Source: Burkholderiales bacterium
Lineage (GTDB): Bacteria > Pseudomonadota > Gammaproteobacteria > Burkholderiales > JACQAP01
Length of the DNA stretch: 59,661 nt
Direction of reading: 5' to 3'
Assembly: GCA_046155535.1 (NCBI GenBank)
Contig: JBJXFN010000032.1
Location: 1 to 59,661, forward strand
Both the position numbers and the translations under genes were made by a program. Shown piece after piece: positions 7,902 to 16,941 of the stretch; positions within the stretch are counted from its first letter, which is position 1, and each line of letters opens with the position of its first letter. A model generated the notes under the pieces. The model saw only the letters and a program-made list of their open reading frames with translations, had not been told where the DNA came from and ran no database searches.

Positions 7902-9374
7902 ATGAAAAGCAGGGCGAACATGGCAGTCGCGTTGTTGTGGCTGGCGGGGTGTGCCACGATCCAGGAGCCGCTGCGGGGGAGTCTTTCCGCGCCGGATGCG
8001 GGCGTGGCCGAGTGTGCCAGATGGTTTCAGACACTTGACCGGCAAATTGACGCGGCCGGTGTGCGGGACGGCGGCGAGTTCCGGATACCGGGGTTTCCTT
8101 ACCTGCGCACCGATCGATTCATGGCCTCGTTTCGCACGTCCGCGACAGAGGGCCCCGCGCGGGATGCCTGGCTTGCGCGTTTGCGAGCGCTGGATCGCGC
8201 AGCGCGGAATGCGGAATTGCGCAATCTTCCGGAGGCCGCCTTTCGTGCGCTCGGGATCGATCGGCAGGACGTTGCGCCCCGCACAGAATTTTGCGCACGG
8301 ACCCTTTTGTCCCATGACCGGGACCAACCGGGCACCGCGACACAGCTGGCAGAGCGGGCGAAAGTGCCGGACGACTATCGCACCTGGCAGCGGGCACTGG
8401 GTTTGTACGGGCTCGTCAGCGTTCCCTTTTCCGCGGGTGTCGAGGACTGGCAACGAGATGCGGTGGAGGCCTTCCGCCGTTCCGCTGCCGGCGAAGCGGC
8501 ATTCGAGCGTTCATTCGAGTACCGGCCGCAGACTGCGATGATTCGTGAAGACCCGGAAACGATTTTTACCCGCAGCCAGGTGGATGCGCTCGGCATTCAG
8601 TCATTTTCGCCGGAGGATGCGGAGCGCTTGTTTGAGGCGTATGCGCCGGTCATTGAAATGGAGGCGGGCGGCAGTTTCGATGAAATCGGCCGGATTGCCT
8701 GGCAGGACGGCGCATTACCTGGCGTGCAGACCACCGCGCCCACCGTGTATCGCAAGCTTGTCCATACCCGGTACGGCGCCGAAACCCTGGTGCAACTGGT
8801 GTACGTGGCCTGGGTCTCCGAACGTCCGCACCGGAATGTGTTCGACCTGCTGGCCGGCAAACTCGATGGCGTGGTCTGGCGGGTTACGCTGGATCGCCGC
8901 GGTTCGCCTTTGCTCTATGACACCATTCATCCTTGCGGATGTTTCCATATGTTTTTCCCCGTTGAGGGGGTGGAGCCGCGCGCTGCGCCATCGAAGTGGG
9001 TCGAATGGGCGTTCGCACCGGCGCCCGCGCCCCGCCTTGCATCAGGCGAACGGATCCGGGTGCGCTTGCAGTCACGCACCCATTACATGGTTGGCATCTC
9101 TGCGGACGGCGGCAATGGCGGAAGGGAATACGTTTTTGCCGACTACGACACCTTGCGCGCATTGCCGCACGCGAATGGCTCCCGCAGTTTTTTTCGCCCC
9201 GACGGGCTGATTGCCGGGACGGAGCGTGGCGAGCGAATGTTTTTCTGGCCCATGGGTGTGCCCAGTGCGGGGGCGATGCGGCAGTGGGGACATCACGCGA
9301 CCGCGTTTCTCGGGCGGCGGCATTTTGACGATGCGGATTTGATCGATCAGAGATTTCGCCTGCCTTTGCAGTAG
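7902..9374 (+). CDS. Uncharacterised lipoprotein
   Basis: Lipobox LAGC after hydrophobic leader; long ORF; YDTIHPCGCFH and MRQWGHHATAF.GRRHFDD motifs. Confidence 0.75.
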   Translation: MKSRANMAVALLWLAGCATIQEPLRGSLSAPDAGVAECARWFQTLDRQIDAAGVRDGGEFRIPGFPYLRTDRFMASFRTSATEGPARDAWLARLRALDRAARNAELRNLPEAAFRALGIDRQDVAPRTEFCARTLLSHDRDQPGTATQLAERAKVPDDYRTWQRALGLYGLVSVPFSAGVEDWQRDAVEAFRRSAAGEAAFERSFEYRPQTAMIREDPETIFTRSQVDALGIQSFSPEDAERLFEAYAPVIEMEAGGSFDEIGRIAWQDGALPGVQTTAPTVYRKLVHTRYGAETLVQLVYVAWVSERPHRNVFDLLAGKLDGVVWRVTLDRRGSPLLYDTIHPCGCFHMFFPVEGVEPRAAPSKWVEWAFAPAPAPRLASGERIRVRLQSRTHYMVGISADGGNGGREYVFADYDTLRALPHANGSRSFFRPDGLIAGTERGERMFFWPMGVPSAGAMRQWGHHATAFLGRRHFDDADLIDQRFRLPLQ

Positions 9375-9433
9375 GTTGCACGCGGTTTCTCCACGAGACG
9401 ATTGGATGCGACGAGTCGGTTTTCCCTAAGCAT

Positions 9434-9462
9434 TTGACACGCCGCGGCGCCAGTAACAACAT
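9434..9462 (+). promoter_or_regulatory. Candidate sigma70 promoter
   Basis: Perfect TTGACA (9434-9439), 17-nt spacer, weak -10 CAACAT, upstream of the cytochrome lipoprotein. Confidence 0.3.
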
Positions 9463-9525
9463 GAAAACGACACGTGGGGGGGTTGTCTGTTGGGTACTTC
9501 CAAAAAAATCACGTCCTTCTCGCAA

Positions 9526-11520
9526 ATGCGAGCGATTGGACTTTGTCTGCTTGTGCTGCTCTGGGTCGCCGGTTGTGGCGGCGGCTCGGGTTCCGGATCG
9601 GATAGCCCGCCCGCGGCTGGCATGTCCAGAGACCTGACGGCCTTCGCCTTTCTGGCTGCGAACAATCCCGGCCTGGGCGCGGACGTGGTCGGCGTGATCG
9701 CCGGCACGTCGATATCGCTCACCGTGCCTTTCGGGACCAATGTGCAATCCCTGGTGGCGAATTTCTCGAGTACCGGGGCGGGCGTCACAGTGGGCGCGGC
9801 GACGCAGGTGAGCGGCACGACCGCCAACAGCTTCTCCGCGTCGGTTGTCTACCGCGTGACGGCGGGCGATGCGTCGTTCAAGGACTATACGGTCAGCGTT
9901 GCGATCTCGCCCAGTACGGCCAAGGACATCACCGCATTCGTATTCCTGGCCACGAACAACCTCGCACTGGGCGCGGACGTGGTCGGCGTGATCGCCGGCA
10001 CGTCGATATCGCTCACGGTGCCTTTCGGGACCAATGTGCAATCCCTTGTGGCGAACTTCACAAGTACCGGAGCCGGCGTCACAGTGGCCGCGGCGACGCA
10101 AGTGAGCGGCACCACCGCCAACAACTTCACCGCGCCAGTCGTCTATCGCGTGACGGCAGGCAATGCGTCGTTCAAGGAATATACGGTCAGCGTTGCGATT
10201 TCGCCCAGCACCTCCAAGGACATTACGGCCTTTTTGTTTTTGACCGCGAACAACGCCGGGCTGAGTGCCGACGTGGTCGGCGTGATCGCGGGCACGTCGA
10301 TATCGCTCACCGTGCCCTTCGGGACCAATGTGCAGTCCCTGGTGGCGAACTTCACAAGTACCGGGGCTGGCGTCACGGTGAGTGCGCTTACGCAGGTAAG
10401 CGGCACCACCGCCAACAACTTCTCCGCGCCAGTCGTCTATCGCGTGACGGCGGGAGACAGTTTGACCAAGGACTATACGGTGACGGTCACCATCGCAGCA
10501 GCACTTGCGCGGGTGGCTGTTGGCGCGGGACTTGGAAACGCCGGCATCGCGACAGGCACTTTTCCCGCCCTGTTGTCGCAGACCGGCGTATTTACCAACC
10601 TCGTCACTCTTGCCCCCCACCCGGCGCTGGTGCCGTTTGCGGTCAACGCCCAGTTGTGGTCGGACAACGCAGTCAAGACTCGCTGGATTGCAGTGCCCAA
10701 CGACGGTGCACCTTACGCGGCGTCCGAACAGATTGTTTTCAGCGCCACTGGAAACTGGACGTTTCCGGAAGGCACAGTGACGGTCAAACATTTCGAACTG
10801 GTGGTGAACGAACTCATCGGCCAGCGCAAGCGGCTGGAGACCCGGATCGGTGTCCTGCGTAATAACCCGATGGGCCAGCCGGTCTTTACCGGTGCGTCGT
10901 ATAAATGGAATGCGGGCCAGACCGACGCGAATCTGGTGACTTCCGCTGTCACCGAAATCAACAACGTGGTGACCGCGTCCGGCACGATCCAGCGTTCCCA
11001 CACCTATCCGAGCGCAGCCAATTGCACTACCTGTCACCGGATTTCCGCCGGTCGCGCACTCGGTATTCGCACCCACCAGTTGAATGGCAGCTACACATAT
11101 CCCGGTGGCGCGGTCCAGAATCAGCTCGAGGCGTGGGGGCAGGCGGGGCTCTTCAACGGCAACTTTGTCGCAGCGAGTATCCCGACCTACCTGCGTACCG
11201 TGGCCATCACCGACACGGCAGCCTCGCTGGAGACCCGGGTGCGCTCGTATTTCGAGGCAAATTGCTCAGACTGCCATCATCCGGGCGGGTCAAACAACTC
11301 CTGGGATGCGCGTTTCGCGACGCCGCTTAACATGCAGGGCATCGTCGGCAACGTCGTGACGCCGTCAGATCCGGATGCTTCCCCGCTCTACCGGCGCATG
11401 AGTTTTTCCGCGGTGGATACGCCCGTCAACGCCAACCAGATGATGCCGCCGCTCGCGAAGAATCATACGGATACGTATGCCCTGGACGTGGTGCGGAGCT
11501 GGATTCTTTCCTTGCCGTAG
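9526..11520 (+). CDS. Lipoprotein with three tandem beta-rich (DUF5018/Ig-like) repeats and a C-terminal di-heme c domain (SO2930-like)
   Basis: Lipobox VAGC, Gly/Ser linker, 3 repeats, LWSD.A.K.RWI, FPEGTV.VKHF, RLETR, CTTCH, NCSDCH, MPPL. Confidence 0.8.
   Translation: MRAIGLCLLVLLWVAGCGGGSGSGSDSPPAAGMSRDLTAFAFLAANNPGLGADVVGVIAGTSISLTVPFGTNVQSLVANFSSTGAGVTVGAATQVSGTTANSFSASVVYRVTAGDASFKDYTVSVAISPSTAKDITAFVFLATNNLALGADVVGVIAGTSISLTVPFGTNVQSLVANFTSTGAGVTVAAATQVSGTTANNFTAPVVYRVTAGNASFKEYTVSVAISPSTSKDITAFLFLTANNAGLSADVVGVIAGTSISLTVPFGTNVQSLVANFTSTGAGVTVSALTQVSGTTANNFSAPVVYRVTAGDSLTKDYTVTVTIAAALARVAVGAGLGNAGIATGTFPALLSQTGVFTNLVTLAPHPALVPFAVNAQLWSDNAVKTRWIAVPNDGAPYAASEQIVFSATGNWTFPEGTVTVKHFELVVNELIGQRKRLETRIGVLRNNPMGQPVFTGASYKWNAGQTDANLVTSAVTEINNVVTASGTIQRSHTYPSAANCTTCHRISAGRALGIRTHQLNGSYTYPGGAVQNQLEAWGQAGLFNGNFVAASIPTYLRTVAITDTAASLETRVRSYFEANCSDCHHPGGSNNSWDARFATPLNMQGIVGNVVTPSDPDASPLYRRMSFSAVDTPVNANQMMPPLAKNHTDTYALDVVRSWILSLP
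9628..10495 (+). repeat. Three intragenic tandem repeats, 294-nt (98-aa) period
   Basis: Units begin at 9628, 9922 and 10216; DVVGVIAGTSISLTVPFGTNVQSLVANF is identical in all three. Confidence 0.95.
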
Positions 11521-11667
11521 GCCGGAGGCGCCGGGGCTTCGTTTAGGGCTGCCTCCGTATTTGGGGAAAATCGATGTTGCTTCGATTTCGTGAATCTATT
11601 ATCGGTTTGTTACCATGCTCGCGTTCGTGGACGTGACACCATCTCGCCAAGCTTATTCTGATTTCCC

Positions 11668-12180
11668 ATGAGTCGCGCATTCGTCAAAGACGGGACCGAG
11701 GATCTGGCCGCCGAGGCATTGCCGGAGCGGCCGGTGGAGGCCGGGCCGAATTACCTGACGCAGGAGGGTCTGGATCGGCTGCGCGCCCGTGTCGAGGAAT
11801 TGCACGCGGAACACGCGCGTCTGAAGGAAGCGGCGGCCGACTTCGACCGGCCGCGGCTGATGCAGATCGAGCGCGACCTGCGTTACCTGCAGGCGCGGCT
11901 GGAAGCCGCAGTGGTGGTGGATATTGCGGCGCAGCCGCGGGATGCGGTGCACTTTGGTGCTCGCGTCAAGGCAGAAGACGAGAATGGCCGCACGCATGTT
12001 TTTACCATTGTGGGCGAAGACGAAACCGATGCCGCCCATGGGCGGGTAAGCTGGCAATCCCCGCTTGCCAAGGCGTTGATTGGCGCACAGGTGGGCGATA
12101 CCGTCACCTGGCACCGGCCTGCCGGGGTGACATCACTGGAAGTGCTGGCAATCGATTACCCGAAAACCAAGAGGAAATAA
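11668..12180 (+). CDS. GreA/GreB family protein (short coiled-coil variant)
   Basis: MSRAFVK, NYLT.EG, V.FGA.V, IVGEDE.D, VSWQSPLAKALIGA.VGD. Confidence 0.88.
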   Translation: MSRAFVKDGTEDLAAEALPERPVEAGPNYLTQEGLDRLRARVEELHAEHARLKEAAADFDRPRLMQIERDLRYLQARLEAAVVVDIAAQPRDAVHFGARVKAEDENGRTHVFTIVGEDETDAAHGRVSWQSPLAKALIGAQVGDTVTWHRPAGVTSLEVLAIDYPKTKRK

Positions 12181-12189
12181 AGGAAGCGC

Positions 12190-13866
12190 ATGTACGATTT
12201 CATCTTTGAAAACGCGACCCTCTACGACGGCAGCGGCATGCCACCGCGACGGGAAAATGTTGGAGTACGCGAAGGGCGCGTCGCCGCCATCGGCGCCGTG
12301 CAGGGGCAGGCCGCCGAGCGCATTGATGCCAGCGGTCTCGCCTTGATGCCGGGCATCATCGATACCCATACGCATTACGACGCGCAGATTACCTGGGATC
12401 CGTTTGCAAATCCGTCGCCCGCGCTGGGCGTGACCACGGTGGTGATGGGCAACTGCGGCTTCACCATTGCGCCCTGCCGTCCGCAGGACCGTGACCTGAC
12501 GATGCGCAATCTGACCCATGTGGAAGGCATGTCACTGGACGCGTTGCGCGCCGGGATCCGCTGGAACTTCGAATCCTTTCCCCAGTATCTGGACATGCTG
12601 GAACAACAGGGGGTCGGGCCCAACGTGGCCTGTTATGTCGGCCACTCCAGCATACGAACCTACGTGCTGGGCGTGGACGCGCCCAAGCGCGCCGCCACGG
12701 CGGAGGAAGTCAAGACCATGCGAAACATCGTCACGGAGGCGATGGAGGTGGGCGCCGCGGGATTTGCCACGACCCGATCCGGGCAGCACAACGGCGAGGC
12801 CGGCATCCCGATGCCTTCGCGTCTCGCAGACGATCATGAGATGACCGCCTTGTCCGCGGCCCTGCGCGACGCAGGGAAGGGATTGCTGATGATGACCAAG
12901 GCCGCCAACACGCCGGTGCCCTGGATCGAGAAACTCTGCGAAGCAGCCGGCCGGCCTTATCTGGTCGCTGCACTCCTGCATTCCAACCTGGCGCCCGAAT
13001 CGACCTTCGAGGATCTGGACAACATTCGCGCGGCGCAGCGACGCGGCAACCGGATGTATGGCGCGGTATCGGCCTGCCCCTTGAACTTCGAGTTCACCAT
13101 GCACGAGCCGTATGTGTTCGAAGGCCTGCGCGTCTGGCAGCCGCTGATGTCCATGGACAACAAGACCTTTTGCAAAACTCTGGCAGACCGTGCGTGGCGT
13201 GATCGACTCAAGAAGGAACTGGAAGAACGCAGTCGCAGGATGTTCACCGGCGAATGGGACAAAGCCCACGTGGCGCAGGTGGCCGAAGCGAAACATGCGG
13301 CGTTCGAAGGTCACTCGATTGCCGCGCTGGCCCGCAGCACAGGCGTACACCCTGTCGATTTTCTCCTCGATCTGGCCCTGGAGGAAAACCTCGACACCAT
13401 GTTCACGGCCACGCTGCTCAATTCCGACGAAGAGGCGGTGGGTCGCATGATGCGGGACGAGAATGCCATCGTTTCGCTTTCGGATGCCGGTGCGCACCTG
13501 ACGTTCCTGTGCGATGCCGGATTCGGCCTGCATGTGCTGGGCCACTGGGTGCGGGACAGAAAGCTGATGCCGCTGGAGCAGGCGGTGCGCAAGCTGACCG
13601 CCGAACCGGCAGCCTTGTTCGGCATGCGGGATCGGGGCCATATCGCAGAAGGACAACCGGCAGATCTTTTTCTGTTCGACCCGGCAACCGTGGGGCGCGG
13701 GCCATCCACCCGCGTTTACGATCTGCCGGCAGGCGGATCGCGCCTGACTACGCCGGCCTCCGGCGTGCATGGCGTGTGGGTGAACGGCCGCAAAGTTGCA
13801 AACAGCAATGGTTTGCTGGGCAATGCGCCGAAAGCGGGGAAGGTGTTGCGCGAGTTTGCCGGATAG
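12190..13866 (+). CDS. N-acyl-D-amino acid deacylase family amidohydrolase
   Basis: PGIID.HTHYD, GVTTVVMGNCGF, SDAGAH, DRG.I..G..AD; RBS present. Confidence 0.9.
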   Translation: MYDFIFENATLYDGSGMPPRRENVGVREGRVAAIGAVQGQAAERIDASGLALMPGIIDTHTHYDAQITWDPFANPSPALGVTTVVMGNCGFTIAPCRPQDRDLTMRNLTHVEGMSLDALRAGIRWNFESFPQYLDMLEQQGVGPNVACYVGHSSIRTYVLGVDAPKRAATAEEVKTMRNIVTEAMEVGAAGFATTRSGQHNGEAGIPMPSRLADDHEMTALSAALRDAGKGLLMMTKAANTPVPWIEKLCEAAGRPYLVAALLHSNLAPESTFEDLDNIRAAQRRGNRMYGAVSACPLNFEFTMHEPYVFEGLRVWQPLMSMDNKTFCKTLADRAWRDRLKKELEERSRRMFTGEWDKAHVAQVAEAKHAAFEGHSIAALARSTGVHPVDFLLDLALEENLDTMFTATLLNSDEEAVGRMMRDENAIVSLSDAGAHLTFLCDAGFGLHVLGHWVRDRKLMPLEQAVRKLTAEPAALFGMRDRGHIAEGQPADLFLFDPATVGRGPSTRVYDLPAGGSRLTTPASGVHGVWVNGRKVANSNGLLGNAPKAGKVLREFAG

Positions 13867-13985
13867 TCAAACGTCGGTGGCGTGTCGGCCTCGCGGCCAG
13901 CTCTCGGAAACCCGGCGCGCGGTGATTCGAATCAGCAGCGCCGTGGCCGGCAGCACCGCATAAGCCCGATGTCTCCCTGGCGTGT

Positions 13986-14405
13986 TCAGTTTCCGGAAGG
14001 GGCAGAAGGATTTTTCAGCAGCCGGGACTGCTTCTTTTCCGGCGAACAGGTGCCGGCATCGCGATTGAACGACTGGCGCAATTCACCCTCGGTACTGATT
14101 TCATCCACTTCCAGCCGAAAGGTGCGGTCCTTGCGTCCGATGACGAGGCGGTGGCGCATGCGCGACCCGGCGCTCCAGTCGTGTGTGTAAACCGCATCGA
14201 TGGTCTCCGGCGTGAGGGTGGCCTGGAAGGGCTTGCCGGCGTCCCAGAGAATGCTGCGCCCCGATTCGTAAATCAGTGTCCGGATCTGCTCGCCCAGCAC
14301 ACACTTGAACAACAGGTCGCCAGGGGATTCCGCCAGGGCGGTGATGCTGGCCGCGCAGAGCCCAACCAGGGGCACCATCCGGCAAAGCGGGCGCCCGGGG
14401 CGCAT
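13986..14405 (-). CDS. Hypothetical exported protein
   Basis: Signal-like leader, Cys near each end of the mature part, directly downstream of the peroxidase gene. Confidence 0.5.
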   Translation of the reverse strand: MRPGRPLCRMVPLVGLCAASITALAESPGDLLFKCVLGEQIRTLIYESGRSILWDAGKPFQATLTPETIDAVYTHDWSAGSRMRHRLVIGRKDRTFRLEVDEISTEGELRQSFNRDAGTCSPEKKQSRLLKNPSAPSGN

Positions 14406-14406
14406 T

Positions 14407-14958
14407 TCAGGGCTTGTCAGCCAGCAACTTCTCGATCTGGCGCACGATTTCCTCGCTTTCCGGTTTGGTGCGTGCCGAAAAACTATAGGCCTGGGTGCCA
14501 TCGCGGGAGACCAGATACTTGTGGAAGTTCCATTCCGGCGCCTCGCCTGTCTTGCTCGCGAGTGCGGCAAAAAAGGGATTCGCCTTGCCGGAAACGACGC
14601 TGGTTTTTTCCATCAGGGGGAATTTGACCCCGTAGGTCAATTCGCAGAATTCCTTGATCTCCTTGGCGCTACCCGGTTCCTGTGCACCAAAGTCATTGGC
14701 CGGAAAGCCCACCACTACCAGGCCCTTGTCCCGATACTTCTGATACAGGGATTCCAGGCCTTTGTACTGGGGCGTGTTGCCACAGTAACTGGCCGTGTTT
14801 ACCGCCAGGACGACCTTGCCCGCGAATCCGCAGAGATTCACGGACTTGCCATCGAGGTCATTCATTTGATGGTTCAGCAATGCAGGGCAGGCCATGGTCA
14901 CCTCACTCAACAGGGTCAGGAAAAACAGGGTGGTCGCAATCGGAAATGTTCGCAACAT
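14407..14958 (-). CDS. Glutathione peroxidase family protein (Cys-type, signal peptide)
   Basis: GKVVLAVNTASYCG.TPQY, GFPANDFG.QEPG, WNFHKYLV. Confidence 0.93.
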   Translation of the reverse strand: MLRTFPIATTLFFLTLLSEVTMACPALLNHQMNDLDGKSVNLCGFAGKVVLAVNTASYCGNTPQYKGLESLYQKYRDKGLVVVGFPANDFGAQEPGSAKEIKEFCELTYGVKFPLMEKTSVVSGKANPFFAALASKTGEAPEWNFHKYLVSRDGTQAYSFSARTKPESEEIVRQIEKLLADKP

Positions 14959-15086
14959 GGTTCAGGTTCCGGCATGACAAAGGTTTTGCGGATAATATCG
15001 CGTCCAGCGCTGCGTGCGCGGGGTAAATGAAAAGTCGGGTACGCTGCGTGCGTTGCCGATGCGAGGCTGCGCAAGGAGGATTGACC

Positions 15087-15533
15087 ATGCTGGTAAAAGA
15101 CATACTCGGGATCAAGGGAGGCAAGATCGTGGGCATCGGCACGGAGGAGTCGCTGCCCAAGGCAGTCGGCCTGATGGTGGATCACGACATCGGCTCGCTT
15201 GTGGTGCTCAAAGAAGGGCGGATGGCCGGCCTGCTGACGTTTCGCGAGGCCCTGGCCGCGGTGCATCGCCGCAAGGGCGATATCCAGGCGGCCACCGTGG
15301 GCGAGGAGATGGTGGCAAATCCGATCTGCTGCAAACCGGAAGACAGCGTCGATCACATGCGCACTGTCATGACTGACAATCACGTGCGTTATGTCCCCAT
15401 CATGGATGGCGGCAATCTGGTCGGGGTGTTGTCCTTCCACGATGTGGCCAAGGCGGCGCTGCGCGCGGCAAGCTTCGAGAACAAGTTGCTCAAGCAGTAC
15501 ATCAAGAATTGGCCGGAACAGGACCAGGCCTGA
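15087..15533 (+). CDS. CBS domain protein
   Basis: Two CBS repeats (IGSLVV, VRYVPI..GVLS..D); RBS AGGAGG. Confidence 0.88.
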   Translation: MLVKDILGIKGGKIVGIGTEESLPKAVGLMVDHDIGSLVVLKEGRMAGLLTFREALAAVHRRKGDIQAATVGEEMVANPICCKPEDSVDHMRTVMTDNHVRYVPIMDGGNLVGVLSFHDVAKAALRAASFENKLLKQYIKNWPEQDQA

Positions 15534-15546
15534 TCCTTCGCCACCG

Positions 15547-16881
15547 TTGAAGGCCACACGCCCCCCGGTCTTGCACGCCGAGGTCCGGCCCCGCGAAGTG
15601 TGGGGCTGGATGATGTTCGATTTTGCCAATTCCGGTTACACCACCGTCGTGATCACGGCGGTGTTCAATGCCTATTTCGTCTCGGTGGTCGCTGAAAAGG
15701 CGGTGTGGGCGACGTTTGCCTGGACGCTTGCGCTTTCGATTTCCTATGCCCTGGTGGCGGTGGGGGCGCCCCTCATTGGCGCCTATGCGGATGCTCATGC
15801 CGCCAAAAAGCGGCTGCTGGCGTGGTCGACCATCGGCTGTGTCGCAGGGACGGCGGCACTGTCGCTGGTCGGTCCGGGAGATCTTGCGCTCGGAGTGGCG
15901 TTGTTGATCATTTCGAATTTATTCTTCGGCATCGGCGAAAATCTGGTGGCTGCCTTTTTGCCGGAAATCGCGCGTGGCAAAGCGCTTGGAAAGGTCTCGG
16001 GATGGGGCTGGGGACTGGGTTACATCGGAGGGCTGGTCAGTTTGGGGGCTTCTCTTGCCTACGTCACCTGGGCGCAGGCACAGGGCCAGTCCGGAATCGA
16101 ATTCGTGCCGGTGACCATGATCATTACCGCGCTTCTGTTTGGCGTGTCGGCATTGCCGACTTTTCTGTTCCTCCGGGAGAGATCAACACCCCAGCCACGG
16201 ACCGCCGGCGCCAGGAACGGTGCATTTGCGCGAATCGGCGAAACCCTGCGCAGTGCAGGGCAGTATCGTGATCTCAGGCGCCTGCTGGTCTGCATCCTCT
16301 TCTATCAGGCAGGCGTGCAGGCCGTCATCGCCCTGGCGGCGATTTACGCCGAACAGGCCATGCACTTCACCACGCAGCAGACCATTACCCTGATCCTGGT
16401 GGTGAATGTCGCTGCCAGTGCCGGCGCCCTGATTTTCGGACAGTGGCAGGATAAACTCGGCCACGTGCGCACATTGGCACTGACACTGGTGGCATGGTGC
16501 ATCACGGTGCTGCTTGCCTGGGGGGCAGAATCCGCAGCGATGTTCTGGCTGGCGGCCACTATCGCTGGCATCAGTCTGGGCGCCAGCCAGTCAGCGGGCA
16601 GGGCCATGGTCGGATTCATGAGCCCGACGCATCGCCGCGCGGAATTTTTTGGATTGTGGGGCGTAGCGGTCAAGCTTTCGTCGATTCTGGGGCCGCTGAC
16701 CTACGGCGCTGTGAGCTGGATATCGGATGGCGACCATCGTCTTGCCATCCTGATCACCGGCAGTTACTTCGTCATCGGATTGATTCTGCTGCTGGGCATT
16801 GATGCGGCGCGCGGCCACGAAGCTGCCGGTCGCCCGGGGGCGGGCGATGCGTTTTCAACATTTCCAGAGAAAGTCCGTTAG
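15547..16881 (+). CDS. MFS transporter, UMF1/Atg22-like family
   Basis: W.MFDFANSGYTTVVIT, AFLPEIA, SG.GWG.GY.GG, AEFFG; about 12 TM; start uncertain. Confidence 0.85.
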   Translation: MKATRPPVLHAEVRPREVWGWMMFDFANSGYTTVVITAVFNAYFVSVVAEKAVWATFAWTLALSISYALVAVGAPLIGAYADAHAAKKRLLAWSTIGCVAGTAALSLVGPGDLALGVALLIISNLFFGIGENLVAAFLPEIARGKALGKVSGWGWGLGYIGGLVSLGASLAYVTWAQAQGQSGIEFVPVTMIITALLFGVSALPTFLFLRERSTPQPRTAGARNGAFARIGETLRSAGQYRDLRRLLVCILFYQAGVQAVIALAAIYAEQAMHFTTQQTITLILVVNVAASAGALIFGQWQDKLGHVRTLALTLVAWCITVLLAWGAESAAMFWLAATIAGISLGASQSAGRAMVGFMSPTHRRAEFFGLWGVAVKLSSILGPLTYGAVSWISDGDHRLAILITGSYFVIGLILLLGIDAARGHEAAGRPGAGDAFSTFPEKVR

Positions 16882-16941
16882 ATCATTGGAAACAACTCGT
16901 TATAATCTTTGTCACCTTGCCGGCAAAAGAAAGAAGGCGCG

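Noticed and set aside
9628-10495. Diversity-generating retroelement template/variable repeats
   Set aside because: The repeats are in-frame protein domains, differences are not confined to adenines, and no reverse transcriptase is present
8884-11076. 730-aa minus-strand ORF (and similar long ORFs such as 12532-13770, 17164-18186, 20582-21724, 39434-40495)
   Set aside because: Antisense shadows of well-supported genes in GC-rich DNA, with no recognisable motifs
14407-14958. Selenocysteine glutathione peroxidase
   Set aside because: The active-site codon is TGT (Cys)
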